Origin: a bacterium
Lineage (GTDB): Bacteria > SAR324 > NAC60-12
Reading direction: 5' to 3'
Length of the DNA stretch: 64,000 nucleotides
Assembly (NCBI GenBank): GCA_965205865.1
Contig: CBDBHR010000030.1
Location: forward strand, 160,001-224,000
The position numbers and the translations under genes were made by a program. Below, piece after piece: positions 1 through 11,289 of the stretch; the stretch's first letter is position 1, and each line of letters begins with the position of its first letter. The notes beneath the pieces were generated by a model. It ran no database searches. It was given only the letters and a program-made list of their open reading frames with translations, and was not told where the DNA came from.

Positions 1-1260
1 CGTGGATTTCAGGTACACGGCAAAACCGTGGAGCAAGTCTGGGCAGGACAAAGGGTGGCAATCAACATTGCCAATTTGAGAAAAGAAGAGATCCGACGAG
101 GAGATCAATTGGCACAGTCCGATTCCTTACTCACCAGCTACATGTTAAATGTTGAGTTGCATGTTCTTAAAAGCGCTCCGTCGCCTTTGCTTCGTAGAGA
201 TCGGGTTCGTGTTTATTTGGGAACTCGGGAAGTAATGGGACGGGTCAATCCCCTGGAAGAGGATAAAATCAAGCAAGGAGAGACGCGGTTGGTACAGCTA
301 CGTCTTGAACAACCCGTCAGCAGCCGTTTTGGAGATCGTTTTATTATTCGCAACTATTCACCGATTTTTACCTTGGGAGGGGGGAGTATCATTGATCCGG
401 CGCCTGGCAAGTCAAGACGCATTCGTGCAGAGTTGCGTGAGCGTCTGGAATCAATAAGAGGAAAGGACCCGCACTTGGCGGCCGAACAGGTGATATATTT
501 GCAATCAACTCGGGGTCTGTTGTTGAAAGAATTTTCAGTGCGTCTTGGGCATTCAGAAAAACAAGCAGCTAAGATTTTGCAGGATTTGGCTTTTCTACAA
601 AAAATTTTTTGCATTGATCCCGTCGACAAACGATTCCTACACACAGATCATGTGGACCGCATTGGTACATTTGTAAAGCGAGTGATTGAATTTTTTCATC
701 AAAAATTTCCAGAACGACATGGCATGACAAAGGCAGAATTGTCTGGGAAATTATCCCCCTTGTTCCGTAGTGAAAAAGAAATCAGTCAACTCTTGAAATA
801 TCTGGTGAAATCCAAAATCCTGGAAACCACCCATCGAAGTGGAGACGACAATTATTACCATCTTCCGGGACACCAAAAAAATCTTTCGAAAGACATCCGG
901 AACTATCTGCAAAAATGCCTATCCTTAATTGAACAAGGAGGCTATCAACCTCTCAGACAAACACTGCTCTTGGAAAAATGTGGACTGGAAAAAAAGGAAG
1001 GAATTTCACTGCTCAAAATGGCCACTCATAATCAGCAGTTAGTACGGGTATCCGAAGACCTATACTATACCCCGCAGCGGCTGAATTCCGTAGAGACTCT
1101 AATCCGCCAAGTTTTTAAAAACCAGGAACAACTCACGGTGATTGAATTTAAGGAATTGCTGCAAATTAACCGAAAGTATGCCGTCGATTTACTCGAGTAT
1201 TTCGATACAAAACACCTCACCGCACGTATTGACAACCACAGAATCTTGCGTGCAATTTGA
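1..1260 (+). CDS. selB: Selenocysteine-specific elongation factor SelB (5'-partial, runs off the window)
   Basis: Frame open from base 1 (RGFQVHGK..VEQV.AGQRVAINI); domain III GDRFIIRNYSP.FTLGGG; C-terminal winged-helix FKELLQINRKYAVDLLEYFD. Confidence 0.95.
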   Translation, partial: RGFQVHGKTVEQVWAGQRVAINIANLRKEEIRRGDQLAQSDSLLTSYMLNVELHVLKSAPSPLLRRDRVRVYLGTREVMGRVNPLEEDKIKQGETRLVQLRLEQPVSSRFGDRFIIRNYSPIFTLGGGSIIDPAPGKSRRIRAELRERLESIRGKDPHLAAEQVIYLQSTRGLLLKEFSVRLGHSEKQAAKILQDLAFLQKIFCIDPVDKRFLHTDHVDRIGTFVKRVIEFFHQKFPERHGMTKAELSGKLSPLFRSEKEISQLLKYLVKSKILETTHRSGDDNYYHLPGHQKNLSKDIRNYLQKCLSLIEQGGYQPLRQTLLLEKCGLEKKEGISLLKMATHNQQLVRVSEDLYYTPQRLNSVETLIRQVFKNQEQLTVIEFKELLQINRKYAVDLLEYFDTKHLTARIDNHRILRAI

Positions 1261-1603
1261 GAATAAAAGTAGTAAAGGACATGCGCGAAGGACCATTTTT
1301 TCTCCTCTAACTGAAAGGCAATGCTATGATTTCACAATTGATTCGTCCTCAATCCCAATTTATAATGAAAACCCTGTTCCAACGTGATTATGATACGATG
1401 ACTGGTGAGAACCAAAAGCTTGTCGATAAAATTGTTATCGCAGTGGATATTCTGGTAGTGATCGCACTGATCTGGTGGTTGTAATCTTGACAGAAAATCA
1501 TTTGTCCCATCCGTCTTTCCGACAATCCGTCTGAAAAGGGTGACCATTGGAAAAAGAATTTTGGGAATAAAGATATATCAATTCAGAAATTTCATGAGTT
1601 AAG

Positions 1604-2644
1604 ATGGGTATCATATCATCCATATCGAATTACATTTCCCATGATATGGCAATTGATTTAGGGACAGCCAATATCTTGATTTATATCAAAGGAAAAGGGA
1701 TTGTTATCCGCGAGCCTTCAGTTGTTGCCGTGCAACGGGATTTGAAAGGCACGTACAAAGTTTTGGCAATAGGGCAAGAGGCCAAATCGATGCTGGGAAG
1801 GACACCGGGGAATATAACAGCAATCCGTCCAATTAAAGACGGCGTGATTTCGGATTTTGAAATCACTCAAGAGATGTTAAGGCATTTCATCAATCAAGTG
1901 CAAAAAAAAAATTCTTTTATTAGATTCAAACCTCGTATCACCATGGCGGTACCTTCTGGCATCACCCAGGTTGAAAGACGAGCCGTAAGGGAATCAGCTG
2001 AATCTGCCGGGGCCAAAGAAATTTTTTTGATTGAAGAAGCCATGGCAGCAGCAATTGGCGCAGGTTTGCCCGTCACCGAACCAACTGGGAATATGATTGT
2101 GGATATTGGAGGTGGAACCACTGAGATTGCCATGATTTCACTGGCAGGAATCGTCTACAGCGATTCAGCGCGAGTGGGAGGCGATTCAATGGATGAAGCT
2201 ATTGTTCAATTTATCAAAAAGAAATATAATTTGCTGGTTGGAGAAAGTAGCGCGGAAGAAATAAAAATCCATCTGGGTTCAGCATTTGAACCAAAGGAAC
2301 CCAAAAATCGAACAATAAAAGGGAGAGATCTAGTCTCGGGAACTCCCAAGACATTGATCTTGAACGATGCGGAGATTCGGGAGGCTTTGGCAGATATTTG
2401 CAGTGAAATTGTACAGATTGTACGTAATGCCCTGGAGCGTATTCCACCAGAGTTGGCTTCTGACATTATGGATAAAGGAATTGTTTTAGCAGGGGGCGGG
2501 TCGTTGTTGACCGGATTGGACATTTTGTTAAGAGAACAAACCGGGCTTCCTTTCTTTCATGCTGAAGACCCCCTTTCCTGTGTTGCTCTGGGAGCCGGAA
2601 AGGTATTGGATGAGATCAATTTGTTGTCATCCATTGCATTGTGA
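1604..2644 (+). CDS. mreB: Rod shape-determining protein MreB
   Basis: [34 protein letters not shown] actin-like motifs; first gene of the mre operon. Confidence 0.98.
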   Translation: MGIISSISNYISHDMAIDLGTANILIYIKGKGIVIREPSVVAVQRDLKGTYKVLAIGQEAKSMLGRTPGNITAIRPIKDGVISDFEITQEMLRHFINQVQKKNSFIRFKPRITMAVPSGITQVERRAVRESAESAGAKEIFLIEEAMAAAIGAGLPVTEPTGNMIVDIGGGTTEIAMISLAGIVYSDSARVGGDSMDEAIVQFIKKKYNLLVGESSAEEIKIHLGSAFEPKEPKNRTIKGRDLVSGTPKTLILNDAEIREALADICSEIVQIVRNALERIPPELASDIMDKGIVLAGGGSLLTGLDILLREQTGLPFFHAEDPLSCVALGAGKVLDEINLLSSIAL

Positions 2645-2705
2645 GCTGAATCTATCTGGTTTTGCTGCTTCATGCCATTTTGCTCTCTGTTCCGGTCCTT
2701 GAGTC

Positions 2706-3551
2706 ATGTTTGATTTAATTAAGAAGCATCGACTACTGCTTGCCGTCGTTGTCACCATAATCGGAGTCCTAATCTATATATTTGGAGTGGGGAGCAACCA
2801 GAATAATTCAAATTTCCAAAACTTCACCCTAACCATCACTTATCCCATCCAGGTTCTAGTCCATGAATTCGTTTCTTACGCCAACGACCTGACAGAGTCT
2901 TATTTTTATCTTGTTCAACTGCATCAAGAAAATGAAGTGTTGAAACAACAGGTCGTTGCCTTGAAAGAGGAAGTGAATCGCTATATTGAAGAATCCATTC
3001 AGTATCATCGTCTAAAAATACAATTGGAATTTGCGGAGGAAAATCCGTTGAAGAAAATTTTTTCGGAAGTGATTGGAGAATCCATTGATAATTTTCATCA
3101 AACTCTGCAAATCAATCGTGGCTCCAATGATGGAATACAACGGAATTTTGCAGTTATTTTAAAGGAGGGAGTGGTGGGTCGTATTCAAACGGTGACGTGG
3201 TTTCAATCGACTGTCCAATTGATTTTGGACCGGCGGAGTCGCTTCCCCGCAATTCTGCAGCGCACAAGAGCAAAAGGCTTGGTATATGGAACCGGGAAGG
3301 GCCTGGAAATGAGAAGAATCCATCTACGGGCTGATGTCAAAGTCGGGGACCGAATTGTAACCAATGGATTGAGTGGATTATTTCCCAAAGGTATTCTGGT
3401 TGCTACGGTTACAGTCGTCAAATACGAAGATCACGAAATGTTTCAAACCGCAGAACTGACACCCGTTGTCGATTTTGACAAAATCGAGGGAGTCTTTGTC
3501 GTTCTTAAGGACAATTCTCTCTCGCATCAAACCTTATTTTCTGAAAAATGA
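2706..3551 (+). CDS. mreC: Rod shape-determining protein MreC
   Basis: N-terminal TM plus coiled coil, INRGSNDGI, GVVGRI, GDRIVTNGLSGLFPKGI; follows mreB. Confidence 0.95.
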   Translation: MFDLIKKHRLLLAVVVTIIGVLIYIFGVGSNQNNSNFQNFTLTITYPIQVLVHEFVSYANDLTESYFYLVQLHQENEVLKQQVVALKEEVNRYIEESIQYHRLKIQLEFAEENPLKKIFSEVIGESIDNFHQTLQINRGSNDGIQRNFAVILKEGVVGRIQTVTWFQSTVQLILDRRSRFPAILQRTRAKGLVYGTGKGLEMRRIHLRADVKVGDRIVTNGLSGLFPKGILVATVTVVKYEDHEMFQTAELTPVVDFDKIEGVFVVLKDNSLSHQTLFSEK

Positions 3552-4069
3552 TCTATTTATACTGGGGAGTCGCGGGGCTACTTGCTCTTTGGCTGGAAAC
3601 CGGTTTCAGCAGCTATCTTCACATTGCAGGATTGAAAACCAATATCGTGTTGATTGTACTGCTCATCCTGATGTTACGATGGAAATCATCATATTTGTTG
3701 TTTTACGGATTGGTTTTGGGACTGATGACAGATGCGGTTTCTCATTCCATCATTGGGATCTACGGCCTTTCGTTTTTTTTGGTTTTGATCTTGGCACAAT
3801 GGATTAGTGACTGGTTTTATGAAAAAAATACAATTTCCACCGTCTTTTTTGTTGGATTACTATCTTTGATCGAAGGTGGGATCGCCTTAACCTGGTTCAA
3901 GATATTAGATTCAGATTTTTCCTGGAATCTTCTTTTTTTCCAGACAGTCACTTTTCTGGCAGTTATTCAAGGTTTGATTTCACCATTGTTTTTAGTGATG
4001 TTGATTCGCATGGAACGAATCCTTCATCTCGATCCTGAAGGTAAACCTTCCATTCCTTTTCGATGGTAA
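3548..4069 (+). CDS. mreD: Rod shape-determining protein MreD
   Basis: Small polytopic membrane protein, GLVLGLMTD motif, ATGA overlap with mreC. Confidence 0.9.
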   Translation: MIYLYWGVAGLLALWLETGFSSYLHIAGLKTNIVLIVLLILMLRWKSSYLLFYGLVLGLMTDAVSHSIIGIYGLSFFLVLILAQWISDWFYEKNTISTVFFVGLLSLIEGGIALTWFKILDSDFSWNLLFFQTVTFLAVIQGLISPLFLVMLIRMERILHLDPEGKPSIPFRW

Positions 4070-4179
4070 ACCAATCCCAGAGGTTAAAAACTTCAAGACA
4101 AGTTCTCGTCAGTTGAGCGGACTGCAGGCACAAAGAACCAAGGGAGAGGGATTGCCTCGCTTCTGAAGTACGAAAGCTC

Positions 4180-6081
4180 ATGAAAAATTACTCTTTGGGA
4201 TCCGACGAACTCAAATTATTTCGCAGGCGTACAACCGTGATTGTCATGGTGATCGCCTTTATCTTTTCTTCGTTGGCCTCTCGATTATGGTATTTACAGA
4301 TTGTCAACGGAGAAAAGTATGCAGAATATTCTCAGGGAAATCGTATCCGTCTGGTACCACAAGCAGCCCCAAGGGGGATCATCTATGACCGCAATGGAAT
4401 TGCCCTGGCAGACAATCGTCCCGCTTATCATCTGCAACTGGTTAGGGAAGACACACTGGATTTGGAAAAAACTCTGCGCAATCTTTCAGATACCCTTGAT
4501 ATATCTTACGTCTACCTGTTGAAAAAAGTGGAGGACCACCGCCATCAAGCCCCATTCAGACCGGTAATACTAGATGAAGATTTGGAGTATAAAAAAGCGG
4601 TCATTGCTGAAACTTTTCAGGAAGACTTTCCCGGAGTCTCGATTGTGGTCCAATCTAAAAGATTCTATCCTCATGATAAAATCGCTGCCCATGTTTTAGG
4701 ATACGTGGGAATCCGCAATGAAGCGCAAGAAGAAGAAATGCCCAAAAACAAGCGAACCTCTGGGCGGATAGTGGGACAAGCCAGTATGGAGAAAATCCAC
4801 AATGACATTTTGATTGGAACTGATGGCGGCAAACAGGTGGAAGTGGACCATCTGGGACGGGAATTGAATGTGTTGAGTAAGCCGGTCAATCCCATTCCGG
4901 GTCATGATGTTTACCTGACAATTGATGCGCGTATCCAGGAACTCATCTATAGAAACATGCGTGGAAAAAGCGGGGCCGTGGTTGTCATGCGGCCCAAGAC
5001 CGGGGAGATTTTAGGCATGGGGAGTTTCCCTGGCTTCAATCCTAATCTGTTTTCAGACGGAATCAGTCGCAGGAACTGGAGTCGTTTGATTAAAAATCCC
5101 GACAATCCCTTGGAAAATAAAGCCATTCAAGGGACTTATCCCCCCGGGTCCACTTTTAAATTGGTGACCGCCTATGCCGGATTGGATCAAAACATCATTG
5201 ATCAACAATCCACTTATCTATGCAACGGATTTTACTATTTGAAGGGACGCAAAACACCTTTCAAGTGCTGGCGATATAATTTAGGAGGGCATGGAACAGT
5301 AGATTTACGCAAGGCAATTAAAGAATCGTGCAATGTTTACTTTTATCATGTCGCTGTCGAGGTGGGGATTGATCATCTGCATGAATATGGGCAACAATTT
5401 GGTTTTGGCAGAAAAACCGACATTCCGCTCCTTGTTGAAAAATCAGGTTTGATGCCGAGCTCCGCCTGGAAAAAGAAAACCTATGGAGAGCGCTGGTATC
5501 CCGGAGAAACTCCGCCGGTTGCAATTGGACAAGGATTTGTGACGGCCACACCGTTACAAGTCTTGAATTTTATAAACATCATTGCTAACCGTGGCATGGC
5601 TGTCCGACCTCGTTTGATCATGGAAAACGCTTCTCGGCAGCAAAATGCGCCTCAATACCAGCCGACAGGGTTGTCCAGCGAATATTTGGACCTCATTCGT
5701 GAAGGTTTGCTTGCAGCTGTGAATGAGCAACACGGAACGGCAAGGGTGATTCGTTCAAAATTCATGCAGTTGGCGGGAAAAACAGGAACCGCTCAAGTAG
5801 TGGGGCACAAGACCACGAAAAATTGGGAGGATGACAAAAAGAATCAAAAAAAATTCCGCAATCATGCCTGGTTTGTGGCATTTGGTCCTGCGGAAAATCC
5901 TGAGGTTTCTGTGGTTGTTTTAGTAGAGCATGGAGGGAAGGGTTCCCAAGCTGCCGGACCGATAGCCAAAAAAATATTGGACTATTATATCGAACATATT
6001 TATGAACCCGTCCAAGCTGCCGACAATCAACTGCATGCTCAAACATTTTTTGCGGATCGTCTGCAGGCAGCCTTTCAATAA
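4180..6081 (+). CDS. mrdA: Penicillin-binding protein 2
   Basis: APRGIIYDRNG, YPPGSTFK (SxxK), SCN (SxN), AGKTGTAQ (KTG). Confidence 0.96.
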   Translation: MKNYSLGSDELKLFRRRTTVIVMVIAFIFSSLASRLWYLQIVNGEKYAEYSQGNRIRLVPQAAPRGIIYDRNGIALADNRPAYHLQLVREDTLDLEKTLRNLSDTLDISYVYLLKKVEDHRHQAPFRPVILDEDLEYKKAVIAETFQEDFPGVSIVVQSKRFYPHDKIAAHVLGYVGIRNEAQEEEMPKNKRTSGRIVGQASMEKIHNDILIGTDGGKQVEVDHLGRELNVLSKPVNPIPGHDVYLTIDARIQELIYRNMRGKSGAVVVMRPKTGEILGMGSFPGFNPNLFSDGISRRNWSRLIKNPDNPLENKAIQGTYPPGSTFKLVTAYAGLDQNIIDQQSTYLCNGFYYLKGRKTPFKCWRYNLGGHGTVDLRKAIKESCNVYFYHVAVEVGIDHLHEYGQQFGFGRKTDIPLLVEKSGLMPSSAWKKKTYGERWYPGETPPVAIGQGFVTATPLQVLNFINIIANRGMAVRPRLIMENASRQQNAPQYQPTGLSSEYLDLIREGLLAAVNEQHGTARVIRSKFMQLAGKTGTAQVVGHKTTKNWEDDKKNQKKFRNHAWFVAFGPAENPEVSVVVLVEHGGKGSQAAGPIAKKILDYYIEHIYEPVQAADNQLHAQTFFADRLQAAFQ

Positions 6082-6103
6082 AATCATTTGAATTCAAATT
6101 CAA

Positions 6104-6721
6104 TTGCCGACAACCATCCCCGCAATAATTCAAAAACGCCTCCTTTGTCTGGCATCTTCTTCTCCCAGACGGCACGAATTGCTCAAACGATTTGGTCTCG
6201 CATTTGATAGCTGTGACCCTGATATTGATGAAACACTACTGCGAGGAGAATCCGTACAGGCATATGGGTTGCGTATTGCTTACGAAAAGGCGGTCGTGGG
6301 AAGCTCATATTTTTCCGATTCGATTGTTGTCGCTGGAGATACTACTGTGTATCACAACCAGCAAGTTTTGGGTAAACCAGGAGATCCTCAGGATGCCTGT
6401 TCTATTTTGACCAGGTTGAGTGGACAGCGACATCAGGTGTATTCCGCATATGTTCTCCTGGACGCCCGGTCAGGAGTACACATCGAGGCCTCCCTATGCA
6501 CTGAAGTGCAATTCAAGCGGCTTCCTTCAAATTGGGTCCGCTGGTATGTTGGAACCGGAGAATCTCTGGACAAAGCCGGGGCATATTCCATTCAGGGGCT
6601 AGGAACAGTCATGGTCGAAAAGATTCAGGGCTCTTTTAACAACGTGGTTGGATTTCCAATCGAAGATATTTTTTGGCACTTCTTGGAACAAGGTTGGATT
6701 GAGTTATCGGAATCGACCTGA
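6104..6721 (+). CDS. maf: Maf/YhdE family nucleoside triphosphate pyrophosphatase
   Basis: LASSSPRRHELL, DKAGAYSIQG, GSFNNVVGFP; start uncertain. Confidence 0.93.
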   Translation: MPTTIPAIIQKRLLCLASSSPRRHELLKRFGLAFDSCDPDIDETLLRGESVQAYGLRIAYEKAVVGSSYFSDSIVVAGDTTVYHNQQVLGKPGDPQDACSILTRLSGQRHQVYSAYVLLDARSGVHIEASLCTEVQFKRLPSNWVRWYVGTGESLDKAGAYSIQGLGTVMVEKIQGSFNNVVGFPIEDIFWHFLEQGWIELSEST

Positions 6722-6766
6722 ATGTTCGGTCATATATTTTTATGATTTTTTGGAGACCTCGTCCTT

Positions 6767-7885
6767 ATGAAAACCCTTACTGTCCGGATCCCGGGACATG
6801 AATACGACATTCATATTGGCACCGGCATTTTTGAAACCCAACTCTTGCAGGCAGTGCAAAAGTTTGGCATGGAGTTGATTGTGGTGGTTACCAATACGAC
6901 ACTTCAGGCACAATATCCTTTTCTTATACAGCAATGTCTGGCTTCCCTGAATCTGTCCGTAGAGACTTGTATTGTGCCGGATGGAGAATACTATAAAACG
7001 TTGGAAACGCTAAATCGGATATATGATTTTCTGCTCGAAAAACGGGCTAATCGAAAAACGCTATTGATTGCCTTCGGAGGGGGTGTGGTCGGCGACATGG
7101 TTGGTTTTGCCGCAGCAACTTTCATGCGTGGCATTCCCTATATCCAGGTACCCACGACTCTGCTTTCTCAGGTGGACAGTAGCATCGGAGGAAAAACTGC
7201 CGTCAACCATCGGTTGGGAAAAAATACTATTGGCGCATTTAAACAGCCAATTTTTGTTTGTATGGAATTAGAATTTCTAAAATCGCTTCCTCCTCGTGAA
7301 CTGAAAGCCGGGTTTTTCGAGCTTCTCAAGCACGGGATTATTCACGATGCGGCCCTGTTTGATTTTCTTCAGCAGCATCCCCTTCTTTTGGACCCATTGG
7401 ACCTCTGTGTTATAGAACAAGCAATTGAAGCTTCATGCCTTGTAAAGGCCCGTGTTGTTCAGCATGACGAAAAAGAAACTGGTTTGAGAGCAACTTTAAA
7501 TTTTGGTCACACACTGGGACATTTGATTGAAACACATACAGGCTACACTGCGTATCTTCACGGGGAAGCCGTGGGTGTCGGAATGGTTTTCGCGGCTTTT
7601 GTTTCTGAGGAATTAGAATTTCTTCCACAATCTGATTTTCAGCAGATCATCGCTTCTTTGAAACCATACATAAACATTATACGATTGCCGCCACTCGATT
7701 TTTCCCATTTCCAAGAATTGATTCTGCATGATAAAAAATCATTCCGGCATACTATCAATTTCATCCTGGTCCGAAAAATCGGGGAGAGTTTTATCCACCA
7801 AAACATGACCCCTGAAATGCTTTGGCCTCTTTTTAAAAAGTTTATCCGTTTACATTCTTGGGCCTGTGAGGTGCGTTCTGAATAA
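6767..7885 (+). CDS. aroB: 3-dehydroquinate synthase
   Basis: AFGGGVVGD, PTTLLSQVDSSIGGKTAVN, LNFGHTLGH, LHGEAV. Confidence 0.97.
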   Translation: MKTLTVRIPGHEYDIHIGTGIFETQLLQAVQKFGMELIVVVTNTTLQAQYPFLIQQCLASLNLSVETCIVPDGEYYKTLETLNRIYDFLLEKRANRKTLLIAFGGGVVGDMVGFAAATFMRGIPYIQVPTTLLSQVDSSIGGKTAVNHRLGKNTIGAFKQPIFVCMELEFLKSLPPRELKAGFFELLKHGIIHDAALFDFLQQHPLLLDPLDLCVIEQAIEASCLVKARVVQHDEKETGLRATLNFGHTLGHLIETHTGYTAYLHGEAVGVGMVFAAFVSEELEFLPQSDFQQIIASLKPYINIIRLPPLDFSHFQELILHDKKSFRHTINFILVRKIGESFIHQNMTPEMLWPLFKKFIRLHSWACEVRSE

Positions 7886-8564
7886 AGAAAATAAATTTTT
7901 TGAGGAGTCTCGTCCCACTTTATTGGATTCCAAGGGATATGGAATTTTCATCACTTTTGAAGGATTGGATGGCTGTGGAAAAACCACACAGCTCCACAAG
8001 GCAAGCCTGTGGTTTCGGGAACAGGGTTATTCCGTTTTGCATACGCGAGAGCCTGGGGGGACGATGGTGAGTGAGCACATCCGGTCCATCCTCCTCAATC
8101 CTGAAAATTCCAATCTAACTGTTCAAACAGAGCTTTTGCTTTACTTGGCTGCAAGGCTACAACACCTTCACGAGCTCATCCTTCCGGCAAAGGAAAAAGG
8201 GCAACTGGTTTTGTGTGACCGTTTCCATGATTCCACTGTCGCATATCAAGGGTTCGGCCGGCGATTGGATTTGAAAAGAATCCAAACCATAGTCCAGGAA
8301 TGGATTGAGCCCCATTATCCGACTCTGACGGTCCTCCTGAAAATCACCCCGCAAATAGCCATGTTGCGCATGAAGCAGCAGAGAGGTGGAAAAAGGAATC
8401 GTCTGGATAAGGAATCTATAAGTTTCTTTGAGAGGGTTGCTGAAGGATATGCCACTCTGGTCGAAAAAGCGCCGGAACGCTTTGTCCAGTTGGATGCTTC
8501 AGGATCCATTGAAAGTGTGCATCAGGCCGTGATTGCTGCCCTTTCAAAGCGTTTGAGGTTGTGA
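7866..8564 (+). CDS. tmk: Thymidylate kinase
   Basis: FITFEGLDGCGKTTQ, TREPGGT, LCDRF..ST.AYQG; start uncertain. Confidence 0.96.
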   Translation: MRCVLNKENKFFEESRPTLLDSKGYGIFITFEGLDGCGKTTQLHKASLWFREQGYSVLHTREPGGTMVSEHIRSILLNPENSNLTVQTELLLYLAARLQHLHELILPAKEKGQLVLCDRFHDSTVAYQGFGRRLDLKRIQTIVQEWIEPHYPTLTVLLKITPQIAMLRMKQQRGGKRNRLDKESISFFERVAEGYATLVEKAPERFVQLDASGSIESVHQAVIAALSKRLRL

Positions 8565-8637
8565 GTGGGGGTATGCGTCATATTTCCGTCAAGTGTTCGC
8601 GACACCCCCTTTAAGACAACTCCTTTTTACAACGAGA

Positions 8638-9261
8638 ATGATGACTCGAGAAAATGTTCTAACAAATCAGATTATTGAGGAAACCGTTCTCTGTTCCACC
8701 AAGTGGATGGATTGCGTTGAAATTTCATACCGAGATGCTGCCGGAAAAAAACGTTCATGGGATTGTGTGCATCGTAAATCCCGCTCCGATGCTGTAGTGA
8801 TTGTTCCTCGTCTTGTACCATCTGGTCGGTATATTCTCATCAAGCAATTCAGACCTCCGGTGGGCGCGACTATTCTTGAATTTCCTGCAGGTCTCATCGA
8901 TGCGGGGGAAAGCCCGCAACAAACAGCTATCCGGGAGCTGAAGGAAGAAACCGGATATTCGGGTCAAGTGCTGGAAATCACTCCACGTTTACATACCTCT
9001 CCAGGCATGCTTTCGGAAGCTTGCTATTACGCATTTTTGGCAGTGGATGAAATGTCGGAAGTCAATCAGGCGCCCAGAGCGACACCGGAACCAGGTGAAT
9101 TCATCGAAGTGATAGTGAAAGCGCCGGAAGAGATCGTCACTTTCGTCTCAGAAGAAATTCAAGCGGGGTCTGCTGTTGATATAAAATTGTATACTTATTT
9201 CGGAGATTCCTTTTTTCCCCATTTCCCGACTTCTTCCGCAATCTATCAACGAAACCTTTAA
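8638..9261 (+). CDS. NUDIX hydrolase, ADP-ribose pyrophosphatase-like
   Basis: QFRPPV..LEFPAGLIDAGE...AIRELKEETGY Nudix box; start set at ATG 8638. Confidence 0.9.
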   Translation: MMTRENVLTNQIIEETVLCSTKWMDCVEISYRDAAGKKRSWDCVHRKSRSDAVVIVPRLVPSGRYILIKQFRPPVGATILEFPAGLIDAGESPQQTAIRELKEETGYSGQVLEITPRLHTSPGMLSEACYYAFLAVDEMSEVNQAPRATPEPGEFIEVIVKAPEEIVTFVSEEIQAGSAVDIKLYTYFGDSFFPHFPTSSAIYQRNL

Positions 9262-9262
9262 T

Positions 9263-9385
9263 TAACCTGAGTTCGAGATAAGAATTTAATAAATTCAATA
9301 TGTTATGGAATCTTCATATCTTAGAGAAACCTTGTCATTCCTGCGAAGCTTTTCCCCGCGAAAGCGGGGAGCAGGAATCCGGATT
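9263..9385. mobile_element. MITE family A, truncated copy (left TIR TAACCTGAGTTCGA) with internal REP-like palindrome
   Basis: First ~80 nt nearly identical to the starts at 33533 and 41134; contains GTCATTCCTGCG...GCAGGAATCC palindrome. Confidence 0.85.
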
Positions 9386-9396
9386 GCCACCATTTG

Positions 9397-10567
9397 TCAG
9401 CACTTCCAGGAAGTGCCGAGTGGACACACAAAACTTTCTTCCCAGTCTGTGACCATGTCATGGAAGGATGTTACGATTCCGTCCCGATAAAGAGCAACGG
9501 GCGGTGGATCTCCCAGACGTCCATGTCCGCAATTGATCCAGAGCACTCCTTTGCTGCCAGTGATCTCAAAACGATCATCTTGAGCATAATGCCGAGTGGC
9601 GATTTCCAATTCGGGTGAGTAAACGATCTCGAGATTGCCTATACGATTGTCAGGAAAGCGAAAGGAAACAATGGACGGCGCGTCCAAAATGACTCCCTCA
9701 TCAGTTTCGGTACTGCCAATAAAAGCATGAACTTCCGCAGGGTTTCCCATGAAATGCCAAGTAAGTGCAAATTTATGATGCCCATCATCGAATAGAAGAT
9801 GCCCTCCGCCGGATTTAGCTTTTTGTTGCCGCCATGCCGTGGCTTCTTTGGGGACTTCCCAGGCAGTTTTACTGCGTCCGGGGTTACTTTTAATCCTGAT
9901 CGACAAAGGCGTTCCCACCACTCCTTTATCGATCAATTGTCTGGCTTTGATGACAGGGGATAGAAAACAAAATTTTCAAAAACTTTGAAAGCACGATCTG
10001 CCGCATCTGCCGCTGCGACTAATCGATCGGCTTCCGCCATCGTAACACACATCGGTTTCTGCAGTGAAACAACTTTCCCGGCATCGATTGCTTTCAGTGC
10101 CGCGTCTAAATGGAGATGATGAGGTAACAATATTTCCACCAGATCAACATCCGGACATGCTAAAAGATCCTCCATATCATCAGTGAGATAGATATCGTTG
10201 AGCCCCCAAGTGAGCGCGCAGCCTTTGGCTAAACTAGTGCTTGGCCGAAAAATACTCAAATTGTTGATATTAAATGACATTTCTTCAATTTCATAGGATG
10301 AAGATTTGTCTGATACAGTGTTCAGATGGCCAAAATCAGCAAAAAATGGGATTTTTGATGAGTTTCCCCAAAATCTTCGTTTCTTGAAAATATGTGAATA
10401 CCATTAAATATCATGTAGTTATCTAATTTTCGGCCAAGCACTAAGCTAAGCTCGCGGTCGCAAAGCGCGACAATGCGACTTTTAGGGTTTTGAAGGTATT
10501 CAATGGCATGAAGGTCCGATATCCGACCCGTTCCGATGAATCCCACACCTATTTCAGATGAATTCAT
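9397..10567 (-). pseudogene. Gfo/Idh/MocA family oxidoreductase pseudogene
   Basis: GFIGTGRIS, VDLVEILLPHHLH, LQKPM, DDGHH motifs split over three ORFs; MITE insertion at 10235-10443, -1 frameshift in a C-run near 9957 (FYP/PVIKARQLI), 3' end probably cut by the family A MITE. Confidence 0.9.
10235..10443. mobile_element. MITE family B (~209 bp, TIR TAGTGCTTGGCCGAAAA)
   Basis: 17-bp terminal inverted repeats; flanking near-duplication CTAAACTA/CTAAGCTA; removal restores DRELSLAKGC in the oxidoreductase. Confidence 0.92.
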
Positions 10568-10827
10568 TTATAATGTCTCTGATCGTTTTTGCACTGAACG
10601 AGGAAAGAGGTTGGCAGGGTTTGAGATCATAACTTAATACTGAAAATGGATTCGATTTAATGTTGACATTGGAGTCATTATAAAATAAATTGAAAAATTA
10701 AGTGCAAACTAGATTAAGACTCTGGTTTCTGGTATAAATGAATTCGCACTGTCTCACTAATATTAATTCCTGAACTTTTCCTCAAGAAAAGTCAACAATA
10801 GAAATTTTGAATCAAATTAAACCTAAA

Positions 10828-11036
10828 TAGTGCTTGGCCGAAAAATACTCAAATTGCTGATATTAAACGACATTTCTTCAATTTCACAGGATGAAGATTT
10901 GTTTGATACAGTGTTCAGATGGTCAAAATCAGCAAAAAATGGGATTTTTGATGAATTTCGCCAAAATCTTCGTTTCTTAAAAATAGGTGAATACCATTAA
11001 ATATCATGAAGTTATCTATTTTTCGGCCAAGCACTA
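10828..11036. mobile_element. MITE family B, second copy
   Basis: Near-identical to 10235-10443, same TIRs, direct repeat CTAAATA overlapping both ends. Confidence 0.92.
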
Positions 11037-11289
11037 AATAATCCTGCTATAACATGCTGTTTCAAAATGGGAATTAAACTTTGTTTTATATTTGGCTCAA
11101 GCGGGTCTTTAGTGGAGGGAGACTCGCTTCAGTCACATTACCGCATAATTTTCCTTGAGAATTCATGCGGTTTCTGCCAGAGAGTGTGAAATAAATGTCA
11201 TGCTCTTTGTTATTGCATTTGGATTGATGTTGCCTTGCTTGCATTCCGCAGGTGAGACTGTTTATTTAAATCATTTTAAGGAGATTGTT

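Noticed and set aside
1604-6081. Absence of rodA after mrdA (and of modA/modC beside modB)
   Set aside because: Operon splitting is common and the genes may lie outside this window
9305-9490. Repeated small ORF MESSYLRETLSFLR (also at 33575 and 41176)
   Set aside because: Lies inside MITE family A; repetition reflects the element, not a protein family
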